A stretch of 64,000 nt of DNA, from the NCBI GenBank assembly GCA_038087875.1, contig CM075991.1, positions 12,836,001 to 12,900,000 on the forward strand, in the 5' to 3' direction. This document shows positions 21,601-35,432 of this stretch, piece after piece (within the stretch, counting starts at the first letter, position 1; the number at the start of each line of letters is the position of its first letter). This DNA is from Malacoraja senta (Eukaryota). The position numbers were made by a program, and so were the translations under genes. The notes below the pieces were generated by a model. That model searched no databases. It had not been told where the DNA came from and was given only the letters and a program-made list of their open reading frames with translations.

Positions 21601-21941
21601 GGGACGACAGATGGCGCAATGGGCTAAGTGTTCGGCCGGCAACCGGAAGGTAGCCGGTTCGAATCCCGCTTGGAGTGCATACTGTCGTTGTGTCCTTGGG
21701 CACGACACTTCACCCACATTTGCCTGCGTGTGAATGTGTGTGAGTGATTGGTGGTGGTCGGAGGGGCCGTAGGCGCAGATTAGCAGCCACGCTTCCGTCA
21801 GTCTGCCCCAGGGCAGCTGTGGCTACAGAAGTAGCTCACCACCACCGAGTGTGACTGAGGAGTGAATGAATAATGCGATGTAAAGCGCCTTGAGTATTAG
21901 AAAGGCGCTATATAAATCCCATCCATTATTATTATTATTAT
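21601..21941 (+). mobile_element. Full-length young tRNA-derived SINE with L2-type 3' tail
   Basis: A box TGGCGCAATGG, B box GGTTCGAATCC, tail tgtaaagcgccttgag..aaaggcgctatataaat followed by (TTA)n; CpGs retained. Confidence 0.88.
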
Positions 21942-23826
21942 TGTTGGTTGTAGAGAACAGGGACACGGGAACAAAATGGGCCATGAAGTTTAGAGACCAG
22001 GCTAGGGACAGACAGTCACAGTGCAGTCGTTTGGAAACTGTGATTCTATGGTTGTACCTTCCTCCTTCCTGGATTGTAAATAATAAACATATAGTGCAGA
22101 TTTAACCAAAGGTAGACTCAAAATGCTGGAGTAACTCAGCGGGACAGGCAGCATCTCTGGAGAGAAGGAATGGGTGACGTTTCAGGTCGAGACCCTTCTT
22201 GGGTTGGAAGATAAGCCTAGGCTATTCCCCATGGAAGTACCTGGATGGTGTTTCAACCATCTCTGATATGTAGCGATGAACAGCCTCTTACTAGCTATGT
22301 CAAATGTGCAACAATGAATGTTAAAATAACTATTGGGTGAAAGTGTTCCTGCAGCCATTATGCAGAACTAAACCATTGCCTACCAGCCCACAGTTTCTTC
22401 CCAGCTGTTATCAGGCAACGGAACCATCCTACCACAACCAGAGAGCAGTGCTGAAATACTATCTACCTCTTTGGTGACTCTTGGATTTTCGTTGATTGGA
22501 CTTTGCTGGCTTTACCTTGCACTAAACGTTTATCCCTTATCGTGTGTATATCATTATAAATGGCTCGATTGTAATTATGTATTGTCTTTCTGCTGACTGG
22601 ATAACATGCAACAAAAGCTTTTCACTGTACCTCGGTACACGTGACAATAAACTACACTGACAATAACACGTTTCTTGTAAGATAGTGTTCACTGTTGTGT
22701 TTCTGAAAAGGTCCAGTCTGTCAACAGTACTAACTCAGGCAGGGATCTAGAACTACAGAAAGTGGTCGTTTATCGTGTAGTAGCCGACTAGCTGATATTT
22801 GCAAAGTATTGAACTTTGCAAATACTTCATTGAACTGATATTTGACAAAGTGTGAGGCTTCACAACAATCTATGCTTAAAAGTCATGTCATTCAAAGGGA
22901 TCATGTGACAGCAATCAGAACTAAAAGACCTTGTTGATATTCCCTCCCGACACTCCAGGAATATATAAATCAAATGTATGAATCAATTATCACACAATTG
23001 ATGATTAACCCAACACGAGGGAATTGTAAACACTCTATCAGTATTTGCACTTCACAGGTGAACAAAACCACATTAGAAAGGATCAGGTCACTATACTCAG
23101 TCAAAAGAAGGGCGATACCAAACCCAAACCTCACCGTTCATTCCTTCCACAGATGTTGCCTGACCCACGGAGTTCCTCCAGCACTTTGTTTCCTGCTTGA
23201 CATTCCAACGTCAGCAGTCTCTTGTGTCTCCAACTGTGAAATAATGGTGACTTTATTCAGTGCGGGTCCTAATTGACTTGGCAAACCTGCCTGTTAAAAA
23301 TATTTCCTCCCTTATTTGGATTAAATGTCCAGGGGGCCAAGAGCTGAAGACTTCCTCAGTGCGCATCTTCATTCAGGGTGGAAGCAAAGTAAAATACAAA
23401 AGAAAGATAGCTAAATGCTGTAAATAGAACTGCAACTTCCCTGGCACACGTGGAGGTCATTCAAACACACTGTGTGTGCCAGCTCTTTGCTTCAGCAATC
23501 CAAAATAAATCTATCCCCACCTTGCTCTCCTTCACAAGTACAGGAGCCTGAAAACTGTGACATCCAGGTTCAGGAACAGCTTCATCCCTACATCATCAGA
23601 CTATTATTGTTATTATTGCACTATTATTGTTGTTTTGTTTCTAATGTGTACGTGTGTGTATGTGTATATATACACACATTAAACTAATTTTCTCGTTTAT
23701 TATATTGTTTACAGTGTACTGTTGTGCTGCTGTAAGTAAGAATGTCATTGTTCTATCTGGGACATATGACAATAAAACGCTCTTGACTAACTCAGCAGGA
23801 CAGGCAGTATCTCTGGAGAGAAATGT

Positions 23827-23854
23827 CTGAAGAAGGGTCTCGACCCGAAACGTC
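23827..23854 (+). ncRNA. Minimal hammerhead ribozyme core in a Penelope-derived repeat
   Basis: CUGAAGA-A-GGGUC/UC/GACCC-GAAA-CGUC: catalytic boxes, stem II, palindromic ACGU mini stem III. Stem I is weak. Confidence 0.65.
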
Positions 23855-25499
23855 ACCCATTCCTTCTCTCCAGAGATGTTGCCTGTCCTGCTGAGTTACT
23901 CCAGCGTTTTGTGTCTATCTTCGGTTTAAACCAGCATCTGCAGTTCCTTCCTAAACACTCTTGATTTTCCATTGCCTCAAAGTGTAATTTCCCCCTAATA
24001 GATGCTGTTTACTATTTCATTATCTAATAGCTCAGTGTAAACACATTTCTGCTAATCTCTTGTTATCTTAATGGTGATTTTCAATTGATGTCCCTTTGAC
24101 TGAGAGCCTAACCGTAGGAAATCCTTTCCCCCCCCACTCTTACCAAAGCCCTACTTTACTTTAAAAAACTTTTAAATCACTTAAATGAAAAAAAATCACA
24201 GTATTTGTGCTTATCACCATGGTTTCTTATCTCCTATTTGAATTAAGATATGTTTCCCAATGTCATTCATTTGATAACACAATGAGGACAGCATTCAGTG
24301 GCACATAGAATTCTTCCTTTGAGTTTTGTTTGAGCTTTGAAAATGTTATGTGGTGGAACTAATAAATAGGCATAGAAATGGCAACAAATGAAACTAATCT
24401 GATTTGCCTTATCTTCAAACTGATAAATAGGTTGGTAATATTTTCACACTAAAGTTGGATTGCTGAGGGTATCATTTGCTGGCTTTATAAATGTTTTAGA
24501 GGTATAACCCAAAAGTGTTCCAGTTCTGATACTAAGATTCCACAAATTGAAATGTATTTGATAAATCTCTGTCAGTTTCTCAGCCTCACTAATAACAAAT
24601 GGCCTACTCCTGCATCTATTGTCTATGTATCTATGTATCTAAGACAGGAGACAGGGGTTTGGGTGAGTGTGCGACAGAGTATGTGAAGAATTGTGGGGTT
24701 ATCCACTTTGGAAGGAAGAATAGAAAAGTCAACATATTTAAGTTGGGAGAGGTCAGTCTGTCAAACTCCGCACTACTGAGGATTAAAGTATTCTTGAACA
24801 TTGACATGCAGCTGAGCAAATAATGAGAAAGGCGGATGGAATATTGTCTTTATTGGCAGAGGGATGGTGTATAAGTAGCTAAGCCTTGAGACAACAGTAC
24901 ACGATATTGGTGAGATCACACCTGGAGTATCGCATTGAGGGTTGCCATGACATCTTGTGTTTGTGCTCACACACACACGTGCCTCACCCCCTTCACCTGT
25001 CAAACCCCCTCTAAACACCACCTTCTAACTTCATCCTTCACCTTGTGCAACTTTTCACTCTGACCATGTCTGCCCCATTCCCAGTCACACAGCACACCAA
25101 GGCCTCTACGTCCTTAGAAGGCTTAGGAAGTTTGGCATGTCCCCGACAACTCTTACCAACTTCCACAGATGCGCTGTGGAAAGAAAGCATTTTATCAGGG
25201 TGCACCACAACATGGTTTGGGAACAGCTCCATCTGGTCGCTCCCACTTCTCCCCTCTCCCATCAGGCAAGAGGTACAGATGTGTGAAAACGCACACCTCC
25301 AGATTCAGGGACAGTTTCTTCCCAACAACTAGAGAGCAGTTTGAGTTACTATCTCCCTCATTGGAGAACCTCGGACTATCTTTGATTGGACATTACTGGA
25401 CTTTATCCTGCACTAAATGTTATTCATGTTATTCTGTATATCATGTATCTGTACGCTGAATGGCTCGATTGTAATCATGTTTTTGATGTATTTGTATAA

Positions 25500-26210
25500 T
25501 GCAGATGCCACTTCTGTCTGCATAAGTATGGATGCTGAATTTCAAGTGAGATCACTAACCTCTCTGCAAATCCCTCCAAATCAATGGAAAGGATTTGAAT
25601 GAACATCGATCCTCTCTTCAGCCAATATCCATGACATCGAGTCTCTACTTGCAATCCATCAGTTCTGTTGGGCGTGACAGCAGACGCCTGAAACGGATGC
25701 GTTACTGAGAACTCTGCCACGGGACAGATTACCAGGCAGAGATAGATTCTTGATTAGTACGGGTGTCAAAGGTTATGGGGAGAAGGCAGGAGAATGAGGT
25801 TAGGAGGGAGAGATAGATCAGCCATGATTGAATGGTGCAGCAGATGTGATGGGCCAAATGGCCAAATTCTACTATTTCTTATTACCTTATGTGAGGAAAA
25901 GATTTAAGGATTCTCTCCAAGCTGCTTGAGAAAAAACAAAATTCCACATCTCTATTGACTTTTGGGAATTGACCCAAAGTAGAGAAACATGCGGACGATA
26001 TTGAGAAACTTGTGTTCAGGAGCACATGGAATCCCAACGTAAATGATGAAAGGAATGCACTAACATGCATACATCCTGCTGATCCATCTCTCAAGCACTG
26101 CCTGCCCCACAGAATAGTAACGTTTGCAAGTCCCACATTGACCTCTTCAATCACCATAGAATTACCAATGGAGAAAGTCATCTTTGATCCTGATGGGCGG
26201 CTTAAAAGGT
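25500..26210 (+). mobile_element. Degenerate RTE-clade LINE 3' fragment interrupted by a CR1 tail (~25729-25890)
   Basis: Decayed reading TSILSSANIHDIESLLAIHQFCWA resembles the RTE C-terminal region; RTE-like end gtcatctttgatcctgatggg. Confidence 0.45.
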
Positions 26211-28654
26211 AGATGGACACAAAATGCAATTATGTGTAGTCTCGGGGGGGGGGGGGGGGGAGGGATTGGGAATGCGATGAGGCTGGGGTATTGGGGTGAA
26301 GATTCAAAAGGAGGTACGCAGTGAGCTGAGGTGTGGTTATTATGAAGGAAAAGTTACAATCTTTAAAAGGACCCACCTAAACAGGGTCCTGGGCTTAGAA
26401 GAAGTTCTATGGTAACTTGCCAGATAAGTATTCAAGAGAGAGTTAGACATACTGTAGCTCTTGGGGCTAACAGAATCAAGGGATATGGGGAGAAAGCAGG
26501 AACGGGCTACTGATTGTGGATGATCAGCCATGATCACATTGAATGGCGGCGCTGGCTCGAAGGGCCGAGTGGCCTACCCATGCACCTATTTTCTATGTTT
26601 CTAAGTGAGTAAAAGGCTTCAGCTGCCTTGGAAACCCATGTGTTTCAGTGACCCACACCATTACTGGCCCATTCCTCCTCTTACTCTGTTTATCTCATCT
26701 CTATCTAATTTTGATTCCCCTTACGTGTTTATCCACCTTCCTTTTAAAGGGGTGACACAGTAGTACCGCTGCTGGAGCCATTGCCAAACAGAGCTGGAGC
26801 TCTCTGGTGCTGTCTGTGTGGAGTTGGCACGTTCTCCCCGTGACTGTGTGGGCATCCTGCAGGTGGTCCGGTTTCCTCCCACATCCCAAAGACCTGCTGG
26901 TCGGCTAATTATAAATGAACTGTAAATGTGTAGATGAGTGATAGTACTTGATGAGATACACATTGGCATTAATGTAGGATGACTGTAGATGGGGGGGGGG
27001 GGGGGGGGGCGGGGTTGATGGTGTGTGTGACCTGGGCTTGTTTCTGTGCTCTGTTTCTCTAACCCATTGACACTATGAACCTCTACGTCTCCTGTTGCTA
27101 AAGGTGAGGGGTGTAGAAAGGAACTGCAGATGCTGGCTTACATCGAAGATAGACACAAAAAGCTGGAGTAACTCAATGGGACGGGCAGCATCTCTGGAGA
27201 GAAGGAATGGGTGACGTTTCGGGTCGAGACCCTTCTTCAAAGGGGAAGGTTTTGTTACTGCATTTTGCTTGTGAAAACCTTTGATGCATTTACAACAATT
27301 GCAAGGGAGGAAAAAGTTAAAACAAAAGGGATTGTCCTTTGTGTTTATGCTAACACAGAGAGGCATTTAACATTATTATTGTGGAACTCTGACATTAAAC
27401 AGAGCATAGGTTCAGCAGCAGCTACCTGCTCGAATGGGAGCTGTGAACCAACGTGATGCAGTCTGTCTGTGTTACAGCGAATGATGCAATCGCACTACCT
27501 TGTAAATCATGTGCTTCAACAGTCTAGCACCACGAAACCACACAACAATACAACACAACTGGAAAGATTACAACCTACAATCCTTCTGCAACATATATCT
27601 TACTATTTGTAAGTTGTAACAATGGAAGTGATTTTTACACTCTGCTGAAATATCGCACTGGAGTCAGCTGCTTTCTGCAATAGGAGTCCTGGATTTCATT
27701 GGATCACAAGATCCATTGTACAATGCTTACATACATTTGAGCTGATTTATGTTCATATCTCATGGTAGGATAATTGGTAGACATTCATCCTATCAGTCTA
27801 CTCTGCCATTCGATCATGGGTGCTATGCCCTCTGGTCCTAGACTCTCCCACTGGTGGAAACATCCTCTCCACATCCACTTTTTATTATCCACCGAGCTTT
27901 CCACTATTCGCTAAGTTTCAATGAGGTGCCCCCTCATCCTTCTAAACTCCAGCGAGCACAGGCCCAGTGCCATCAAACACTCATCATGTTAACCCTATCA
28001 ACCCTGGGATAATTCTCGTAAACCTCCTCTGGACCCTCTGCAATGTCAGCACATTGCTCCTCAGACATGGGGCCCACACATTTAATAATGGGGGAGAAAG
28101 TATTAGGGACTGAAGTAGTCACGCCCTCAAGCATCTAGTGGCTAACTCTTGGGTCTCACTTACACAGAGCTGGAACTGCCTCTCACGATGCTGATAGGAC
28201 TAATGCATCTGGTGACAGCTAGCTGCCAGCTTTGGTGGAGTGGGCATGAACAGAGGTCGCGTTTTTCTGGGACTGGTGGGGTAAGCGATAGATCGGCTTT
28301 TAGTACGTTGCTCATCAGAGTCCTGCCCTATTGCACAGGATTCCATGGAACTCGTGCTCAATAGAGTTTTCAAGTGATGCTCTTTCAGAAAGGTTCACAG
28401 CTTGGCCGTGCATCCTCTTTTACTTTCATTCCTAGCACTCAATCATCCCTAGCCCTGTGACTCTACGTCTCCAGATTCAAGGACAGTTTCTTCCCAGCTG
28501 TTATCAGACAACTAAACCATCCTACCACAATTAGAGAGCAGTGGTAAACTACTATCTACCTCATCCGTGACCCTCGGACTAACCTTGATCAGACTTTGCT
28601 GGCTTAACCTTGCACTAAACATTATTCTCCTATCATGTACCAAAACACTGTAAT

Positions 28655-29030
28655 AGACAATAGACAATAGGTACAGGAGTACGCCATTTGGCCCTTAGAG
28701 CCAGCACCACCATTTAATGTGATCATGGCTGATCATCCCCAATCAGTACCCCGTTCCTGCCTTCTCCCCATATCCCCTTACTCCGCTATTTTTAAGAGCC
28801 CTATCTAGCTCTCTCTTGAAAGCATCCAGAGAACCTACCTCCACTGCCCTCTGAGGCAGAAAATTCCACAGACTCACCACTCTATGTGAGAAAAAGTGTT
28901 TCCTCGTCTCCGTTCTAAATGGCTTACTCCTTATTCTTAAACTGTGGCCCTTGGTTCTGGACTCCCCCAATATCGGGAACATGTTTCCTGCCTCTAGTGT
29001 GTCCAAGCCCCTTTACAATCTTATATGTTT
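28655..29030 (-). mobile_element. CR1/HER1-like LINE 3' fragment
   Basis: [39 protein letters not shown], matching the end of the CR1 ORF at 1222-2457. Confidence 0.85.
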
Positions 29031-31735
29031 CAATGTTTAATGGCTCGAATGTAATCATGTATTGTCTTTCTGCTGACTGGATAGCACGCCACAAAAGCTT
29101 TTCACTGAAACCTCGGTACACGTGACAAGAAACTAAACTGGATTACGCATTAGCAGGAAGCTAACAGTCAGATCCATCTGTACATCCACTGGAAAAAAAT
29201 CATGTGTCAATAACACAGAGTTTTGTTGCCATTATGATTTCATGATGATAAGGAATCATCAAGATGCATTTGCTTGCCTGCAGATAAGGGGACATGCTGC
29301 TTGGTTTGCAGGATGGAATCACATTGGATGTTCACCTGTAATTGGCTGACACATTGGTGACGTACAAACCACTGCTGCAAATCGATAATAATAATAATAA
29401 ATTATGTCGGAAATGCACAGAACAACTGTCAACTTTTCACATAATCAAAAGGCCATCCAGATTTAATATTTTCAATAGTTTTAGATGTTAACTAGTGTTG
29501 ACCTTCTCCCAGACGACAGGAGCTGGGAATGGGTCGGCTGTAGATATTTATAAGTCCAACACACCCTCTTTACCCTTCTATATTTATGGGGTCTATACAT
29601 ACTGGTTCAGTCACGACACTGGACTCAGGGACATGGATTATAGATCTGGAGAGGACTTTGAATTCAAGCGTGACAGCTCGTGAAGGTAAATTCAGGAATT
29701 AAACTGAAGCTGAAGTGACAAAGATATGGTCAACTAGCGTAGAGGTGAATGGCTAATCCTCCTGTCCACCACACTTAGTACTACCCCCCTTCATGGCATC
29801 AGAATAGTCATAGCACAGAGACGGCCATTCGGCCCATCATCTCTCAGCTAGCTCCCATCCAGAGCAATCGAGATTAATGTTATGCCCTTGTAATTATTCT
29901 CCACTCATATGTCTGAGTCACATTCTGCTTCTCCCATTTACACCTCCTATGGACAGATGCTTGGTTTTACGACTAGTCCTCACCACCCTCCTTTGCCCTG
30001 CATGCTCCTCACTTTAATTTTAACTACCTCCCACCATTTTTGGGAACTTTCCTTTTAGATCTCTCCCGCACTTTTCCTTTCCCTGCACCTCAGAACTTCC
30101 CTGGCTCTTTTACGCAAGGCCAGGGTCTAATTGGAACTGAACCATTCCCTCTAGGACACGAGATGGGAGAAAAATCAATGAGGAAAAAACAAACCTTGCT
30201 GTGAGAGGATGGAAATGGGTTGATATAGAGTCATAGAGTGATACAGTGTGGAAACAGGCCCTTCGGCCCATCTTGCCCACAACGGCCAACATGTCCCATC
30301 TACACTAGTCCCACCTGCCTGCGTTTGGTCCATATCCCTCCAAACCTGTCCTATCCATGTACCTGTCTAACTGATTCTTAAACGTTGCCATAGTACCCAC
30401 CTCAGAAATCTCCTCTGGCAGCTCGTTCCATACACCCACCATCCTTGGTGTGAAAAAGTTACCCCTCAGATTCCTATTAAATCTTTCCTCGTCACCTTAA
30501 ACCTATATCCTCTGGTTCTGAAAGATTAGATGGAAAGTACATTAGTGCGGCTTGCACAAACTGCACAGGTGTAAGTTTTTATTGTGGTTAGTATAGTTCT
30601 CATTTTCATTTATGTAAAGAGACTTGATGATGTTATTAGTATTTGACTACAACTTTGACTGGGTATCCAGCTAACATCACCAGGCAGCATTGGGACCACA
30701 GGAGGCCAACCCGATATAAAACAAATTTATTTTCAATCTTGGTCATGGAGGACATAAAAATCTAGAAAAAAATGGAGCAAGAAATGGCCATTCAATGTTC
30801 AGGTTAGTTTATTGTCACATGTACCGAGGTACAGTGAAAAGCTTTTGTTGCGTGCTAACCAGTCAGCGGAAGGACAACACATGATTACAATCGAGCCTAC
30901 GTCACCATTCAACATGGTGGATGATCCTGCATCTCACTACGTCCATTCATTCATTCCCATACCTCGTTTCTGGACATCTTTTTGTCTTCTGATCAAATGC
31001 ATTCAATGACTTGGGTTTTGCAGCTTCTATGTTGGATAATTCCACAGGTTCACCACCTTGTCTTGGTCCTAAATGGTCTCCCATGTATCCTGAAACCATA
31101 ACCATTGCTGCCCAACCTATCACACAGCTGTTGAATTCCTGGGCATAAATGTTTTACAGATTCCTTTCATCCCACAGAGTGAGTTGATTTACAGGTAGGC
31201 TGATTGTCATGAGCAAGGTGATCAGTGCATCCCACCTCGAGCCCGGTCATGCTCCTGTTTCCGTCCATCAATGACTGGCTCCATTGAGCCACATTTGTAC
31301 ATTACAGTCGTGTCTCATTGAACACAATAAGAGACTGGTCACATGCCCTGAAACCAGTGTGCTGGTGGGGCTGCAGAATTAAACATTTCCTTCACATTTA
31401 CCCTACATTGCACATTAATACCCTCAGTCTTTCCTCTCGTTTCCACTATGCTGCAGTCTGCTGACATTGCAGCTGCATTTCTGAATTACAGCCTTTAAAT
31501 AGGATCATTATATTTATAAACTGCAGTCAAAAAATACTTCAGCTGCTTAAACATGACCTACCAGTGCCAGTTCTGGTTCTACCAGATTACACAGTCTGTG
31601 CTGATACAATTCCACGTAACTCTTTCAGTACAACTAATTAAACCACACTTACAAAACAAGTTGCTTTTTGTTTCTTGTTTCCTATTGTTTCCCCCCACCC
31701 CGATCCTGGGGGTATTACCTTTTGCCAAGTGTAGA

Positions 31736-32045
31736 GTTTAGAGATTAGATATCCACCTTGGAAACAGGCCCTTGGCCATCGAGTCCACGCCGACCATCGA
31801 TCACCTGTCCGCACTAGTTCTATGTTATCCCACTTTCACATCCACTCCCGACACACTAGGGGGCAATTTACAGAAGCCAATTAACCTACAAACCTGTACA
31901 TCTCTGGGATGTGGGGGAAAGTGGAGCACCAGGAGGAAACCCGCAGAGTCATGGGGAGAACATACAAACTCCGTACAGAGAGCACCCGTAGTCAGGATTA
32001 AACCCGGGTCTCTGGCGCTGTGAGGCAGCAGCTCTACCCGCTGCG
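31736..32045 (-). mobile_element. HE1-like V-SINE
   Basis: Same consensus as 56621-56920, reverse orientation. Confidence 0.75.
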
Positions 32046-33402
32046 TGTATGTGCAGTCCAAGCTAGGAGTGGGAACATTACCTCTTAAACTTGGGGCATG
32101 GTAGCACTGGACTGGGAATAGAGAGCTTTGAAAGAATGAAGAGGCACTTTATGCAGCTCCCACAAGCAATATTGAGATATGCCAAGAATCTATTTTAAGG
32201 TCCTGATTGAGAAACAATGAGATGTGCTGCAGGAACTGTTATATACACTCTACAGGAAGACAAGGTCTCAGCTAATGGCTCGTCTGACAAAATGCCATCA
32301 TTGACAGTACACACTTCACCCTCACCTTTGTGTATGTGTAGCAGACCCTGGAGTGAGTGTAGATCCACAACGTTTAACTCAGAGCTGAGAGTGCTGGCAT
32401 CGTATCAAGGCAGGTACGGCAAGACAGACGGAAATGACGACATTTATACTTCCAGAGCTTTTCAAGATATCTTTATCCTGATGCTGAAACAGAAGATGTG
32501 ACATATGTGAGAATATGGTGTATCCATGTTATGTTATTCAGCGGTAGACACAAAATGCTGGAGTAACTCAGCGGGACAGGCAGCATCTCTGGCGAGAAGG
32601 AATGGGTGGTGTTTCGGGTCGAGACCAGCATATCCAATCAAGGAATGGTTTTGTGCACTCAAAGGTCTTGTGGAATAGAGGAGTGTGGTAATCTGCCTTG
32701 CCTTGAGTTACTTAGTCTCAATGCCCCAGCAATCCCAGAATGGTTAAAGTATGCAACTGTATGGAGGTTGCAGTTCCAGTAACCGATACATCTCCATAAA
32801 TGGGATTGGAATTGTATCCGAGCCCTGCATGAATTCTCTTAGCCCCACTCTTGCCACTGATTCATAAGATGTAATCCATCACTGGCATTCTGACAGGGCA
32901 ACCCGGCATCAAGTTCCCATCGTGCTTCGAAGACTTGGCCTCCTCATTGGAAATGAGAAGGTTTTAAGGTGACCTGACTGAAGTTTTAAACATAACAAAG
33001 GTAAACTGGTTAATGATTCACTTTGATGAATAACCGAACAAACAGGTGACTTAAATTAAAAGTGCGCATTTAAGAGTTGGAAGAGAAACCAGGCAGAACT
33101 CTTGCCTTCAAAGGGTAGATGAGTTATAAAATAAGTTACCAGCCAAGGGCACTAAAGCAGACAGTGTCCATGAGACCCCAGACATCCAAACATTTCTTCA
33201 TCCCAACCCCTCCCCAAACTCTGAAGAAAATAATGCTCTTCAGTTAGAAGCAGACTTAGACCAGAGGAATATTGTAGACACAAGGGACTGAAAGAGCAGA
33301 GCAGTGGGTTGAGTGGCATCTGTGGGGGGTGGAGGGAGGGGAAAGACGTTAATGTTTTGGGTCGAGACCCTGCAACAGGACTGAGAGTGGAGAGGGAAGG
33401 CA

Positions 33403-33718
33403 GTTTAGTTTAATTTAGTTTAGAGATACAGCGCTGAAACAGGCCCTTCGGCCCACCGAGTCCACGCCGACCAGCGATCCCCGCACACTAACACTATTCT
33501 ACACCCACTAGGGATAATTTTACATTTATACCAAGCCAATTAACCTACGAATCTGCACATCTTTGGAGTGTGGGAGGAAACCTGAGCACCTGGAGAAAAC
33601 TCACGCGGTCACGGGGAGAACGTACAAACCACACAGACAGCACCCTTAGTCAGGATCGACCCCGGGTCTCGGGCGCTGTGAGGCAGCAGCTCTACCCGCT
33701 GCGCCACCATGCCGCCAC
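33403..33718 (-). mobile_element. HE1-like V-SINE (full length)
   Basis: Head gtggcggcatggtggcgcagcgggtagag, B-box-like gggtcgatcc, V-domain, tail gggccgaagggcctgtttc..(aaact)n. Confidence 0.85.
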
Positions 33719-34033
33719 TAGTGTACAGAGGGGGCAGTTATGAGACACTCTTCATCTCTCCCCTAAAGGGTTCACATCTTCACCTTCCTTACGTAACAAT
33801 TTCCAGCATGTTGCGCTTGTCTTCACAATCATCACCTTCCAGCCTTTGTCTCCACCTTAACACTTGCCTTCAGATGCCCCCTTACTTCTCCCCCCCTTGT
33901 CTGTTCCACCTATCACTCACCTGCCTCTGCTCCTGATTCCATCCCCCCCCCCCCCCCACCCCCACCTCAGTCACCAATATTACTGGCCCCGTGACCACTC
34001 ATCCTCTTCTGCCCAATGTCCACATCCTCGGTC

Positions 34034-34061
34034 CTGATGAAGGGACTCTACCCGAAACATC
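34034..34061 (+). ncRNA. Degenerate hammerhead core (CUGAUGA variant) in an older Penelope-derived repeat
   Basis: CUGAUGA-A-GGG/ACUCUA/CCC-GAAA-CAUC. Confidence 0.45.
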
Positions 34062-35156
34062 AATAATTCCTTTCCCCTGGCAGATGTTGCTCAACTCGCT
34101 GAGTTCTTCCAGCAGTTTGGGGTTGTTTTTGCTGGAGTAATATTGTGGCCATTCCTGGTTGTCGTAGAGACATGCAGAATGGAAACAGGCCCTTCAGCCC
34201 GCCGATCCATGCTGACCATCAAACACCCATTGGCACCGATCCTGCATTAAACCCATTTGCCTCAAAGTCCAATGGAAAATTCAACCTTGAGACTTACAAC
34301 TTGGGATCTTATTCGGAGTAGAAATATTCTATCAGTGTGAAACTTTGGCAGATGATGTACACAATAGTGCTCTGTGCAACATTAATCTCCAGTGTGATTT
34401 ATAACCTAATTTGTCTGAAATATGACCTGTTCCTGTTTACTCACTGAACAATCAAACTGCACTGACTCTGTTTTCTCTGAAACTTTGGTGTTTGAAGGGC
34501 TAACACTCAAACAGTATTCTTTCCTTCAATGTTCTATGACGTCAAGTACACACAAGCTTGGACCGTGGCTTCCTATATATAGGACAATTCTACAGCTGGC
34601 TCTAATCTGAAGAAGGGTCTCGACCCGAACCATCACCCATTCCTTCTCTCCAGAGATGCTACCTGTCCCACTGAGTTACTCCATCTTTTTGTGTCTATCT
34701 AATCTCTGCTACATCTACAGTTTGCTGCTCACAGCTACGTGGGAGAGGAAGGGGAGCACTCGGGCTTCATATTCAGGAAGATTCTTTGTCTAGGGTGGAT
34801 AGGGCACAGCTCCAGATTCAGGGGCGTGTTTCCATGTGTGTGACTGAGAGAGCTGCTTCCATTGTTCCTGCGGGCTAAGCTGCTTGGCTAAGTGCCGGCA
34901 ACTGCAAGACCGTGGAACACATCAATGGAGGAAACTGTGTTGAAAAAAACACACGGCATTATTCCACGAGGAAACTCAACTGAGCTCTTCTGGGAACCTT
35001 GCAACTCAAGATCATGACACCTTGTGTCTTCTCAAGTCCACATTACGATGGGGCACAATGTTGTTTTAACACCATTAAAAAAAAAGTGAAGACATTTCCA
35101 GGCCAGGGCATGTTATGTAATGAATAATGATCAACATCAACATCGTAGTTGATCCT

Positions 35157-35432
35157 TAGTTTTAGTTTAGTTTAGAGATACAGCATGGAAACAGGCCCTT
35201 CGGCCCACAGAATCCACACCGACCAGTGATCACCCCACACACTAGTTGTCCTACACACTAGGGGCAACTTACAGAAGCCAATTAACCCACAAACCTGCAC
35301 GTCTTTGGAGTGTTGGAGAAAACCAGCGCACCCATGGAAAACCCACACGGTCACAGGGAGAACGTACAAACTCTGTACAGAGAGCACCTGTAGTCAGGAT
35401 CGATCCCGAGGTCTCTGACGCTGTGAGGCAGC
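35157..35432 (-). mobile_element. HE1-like V-SINE
   Basis: V-domain and CR1-like tail. Confidence 0.75.

Noticed and set aside
21601..21672. tRNA gene
   Set aside because: The A/B boxes run on into a SINE body and L2 tail, so this is a SINE head
22796..22824. 12-bp perfect inverted repeat
   Set aside because: Isolated, with adjacent local duplications; likely a repair scar with no sign of function
27482..27490. TGATGCAAT amino-acid response element (also at 48540)
   Set aside because: A 9-mer is expected by chance in a window this size and both copies are far from promoters
28157..28315. Minus-strand short ORF running into a gtaagt donor
   Set aside because: No recognisable homology and no phase-compatible downstream exon found
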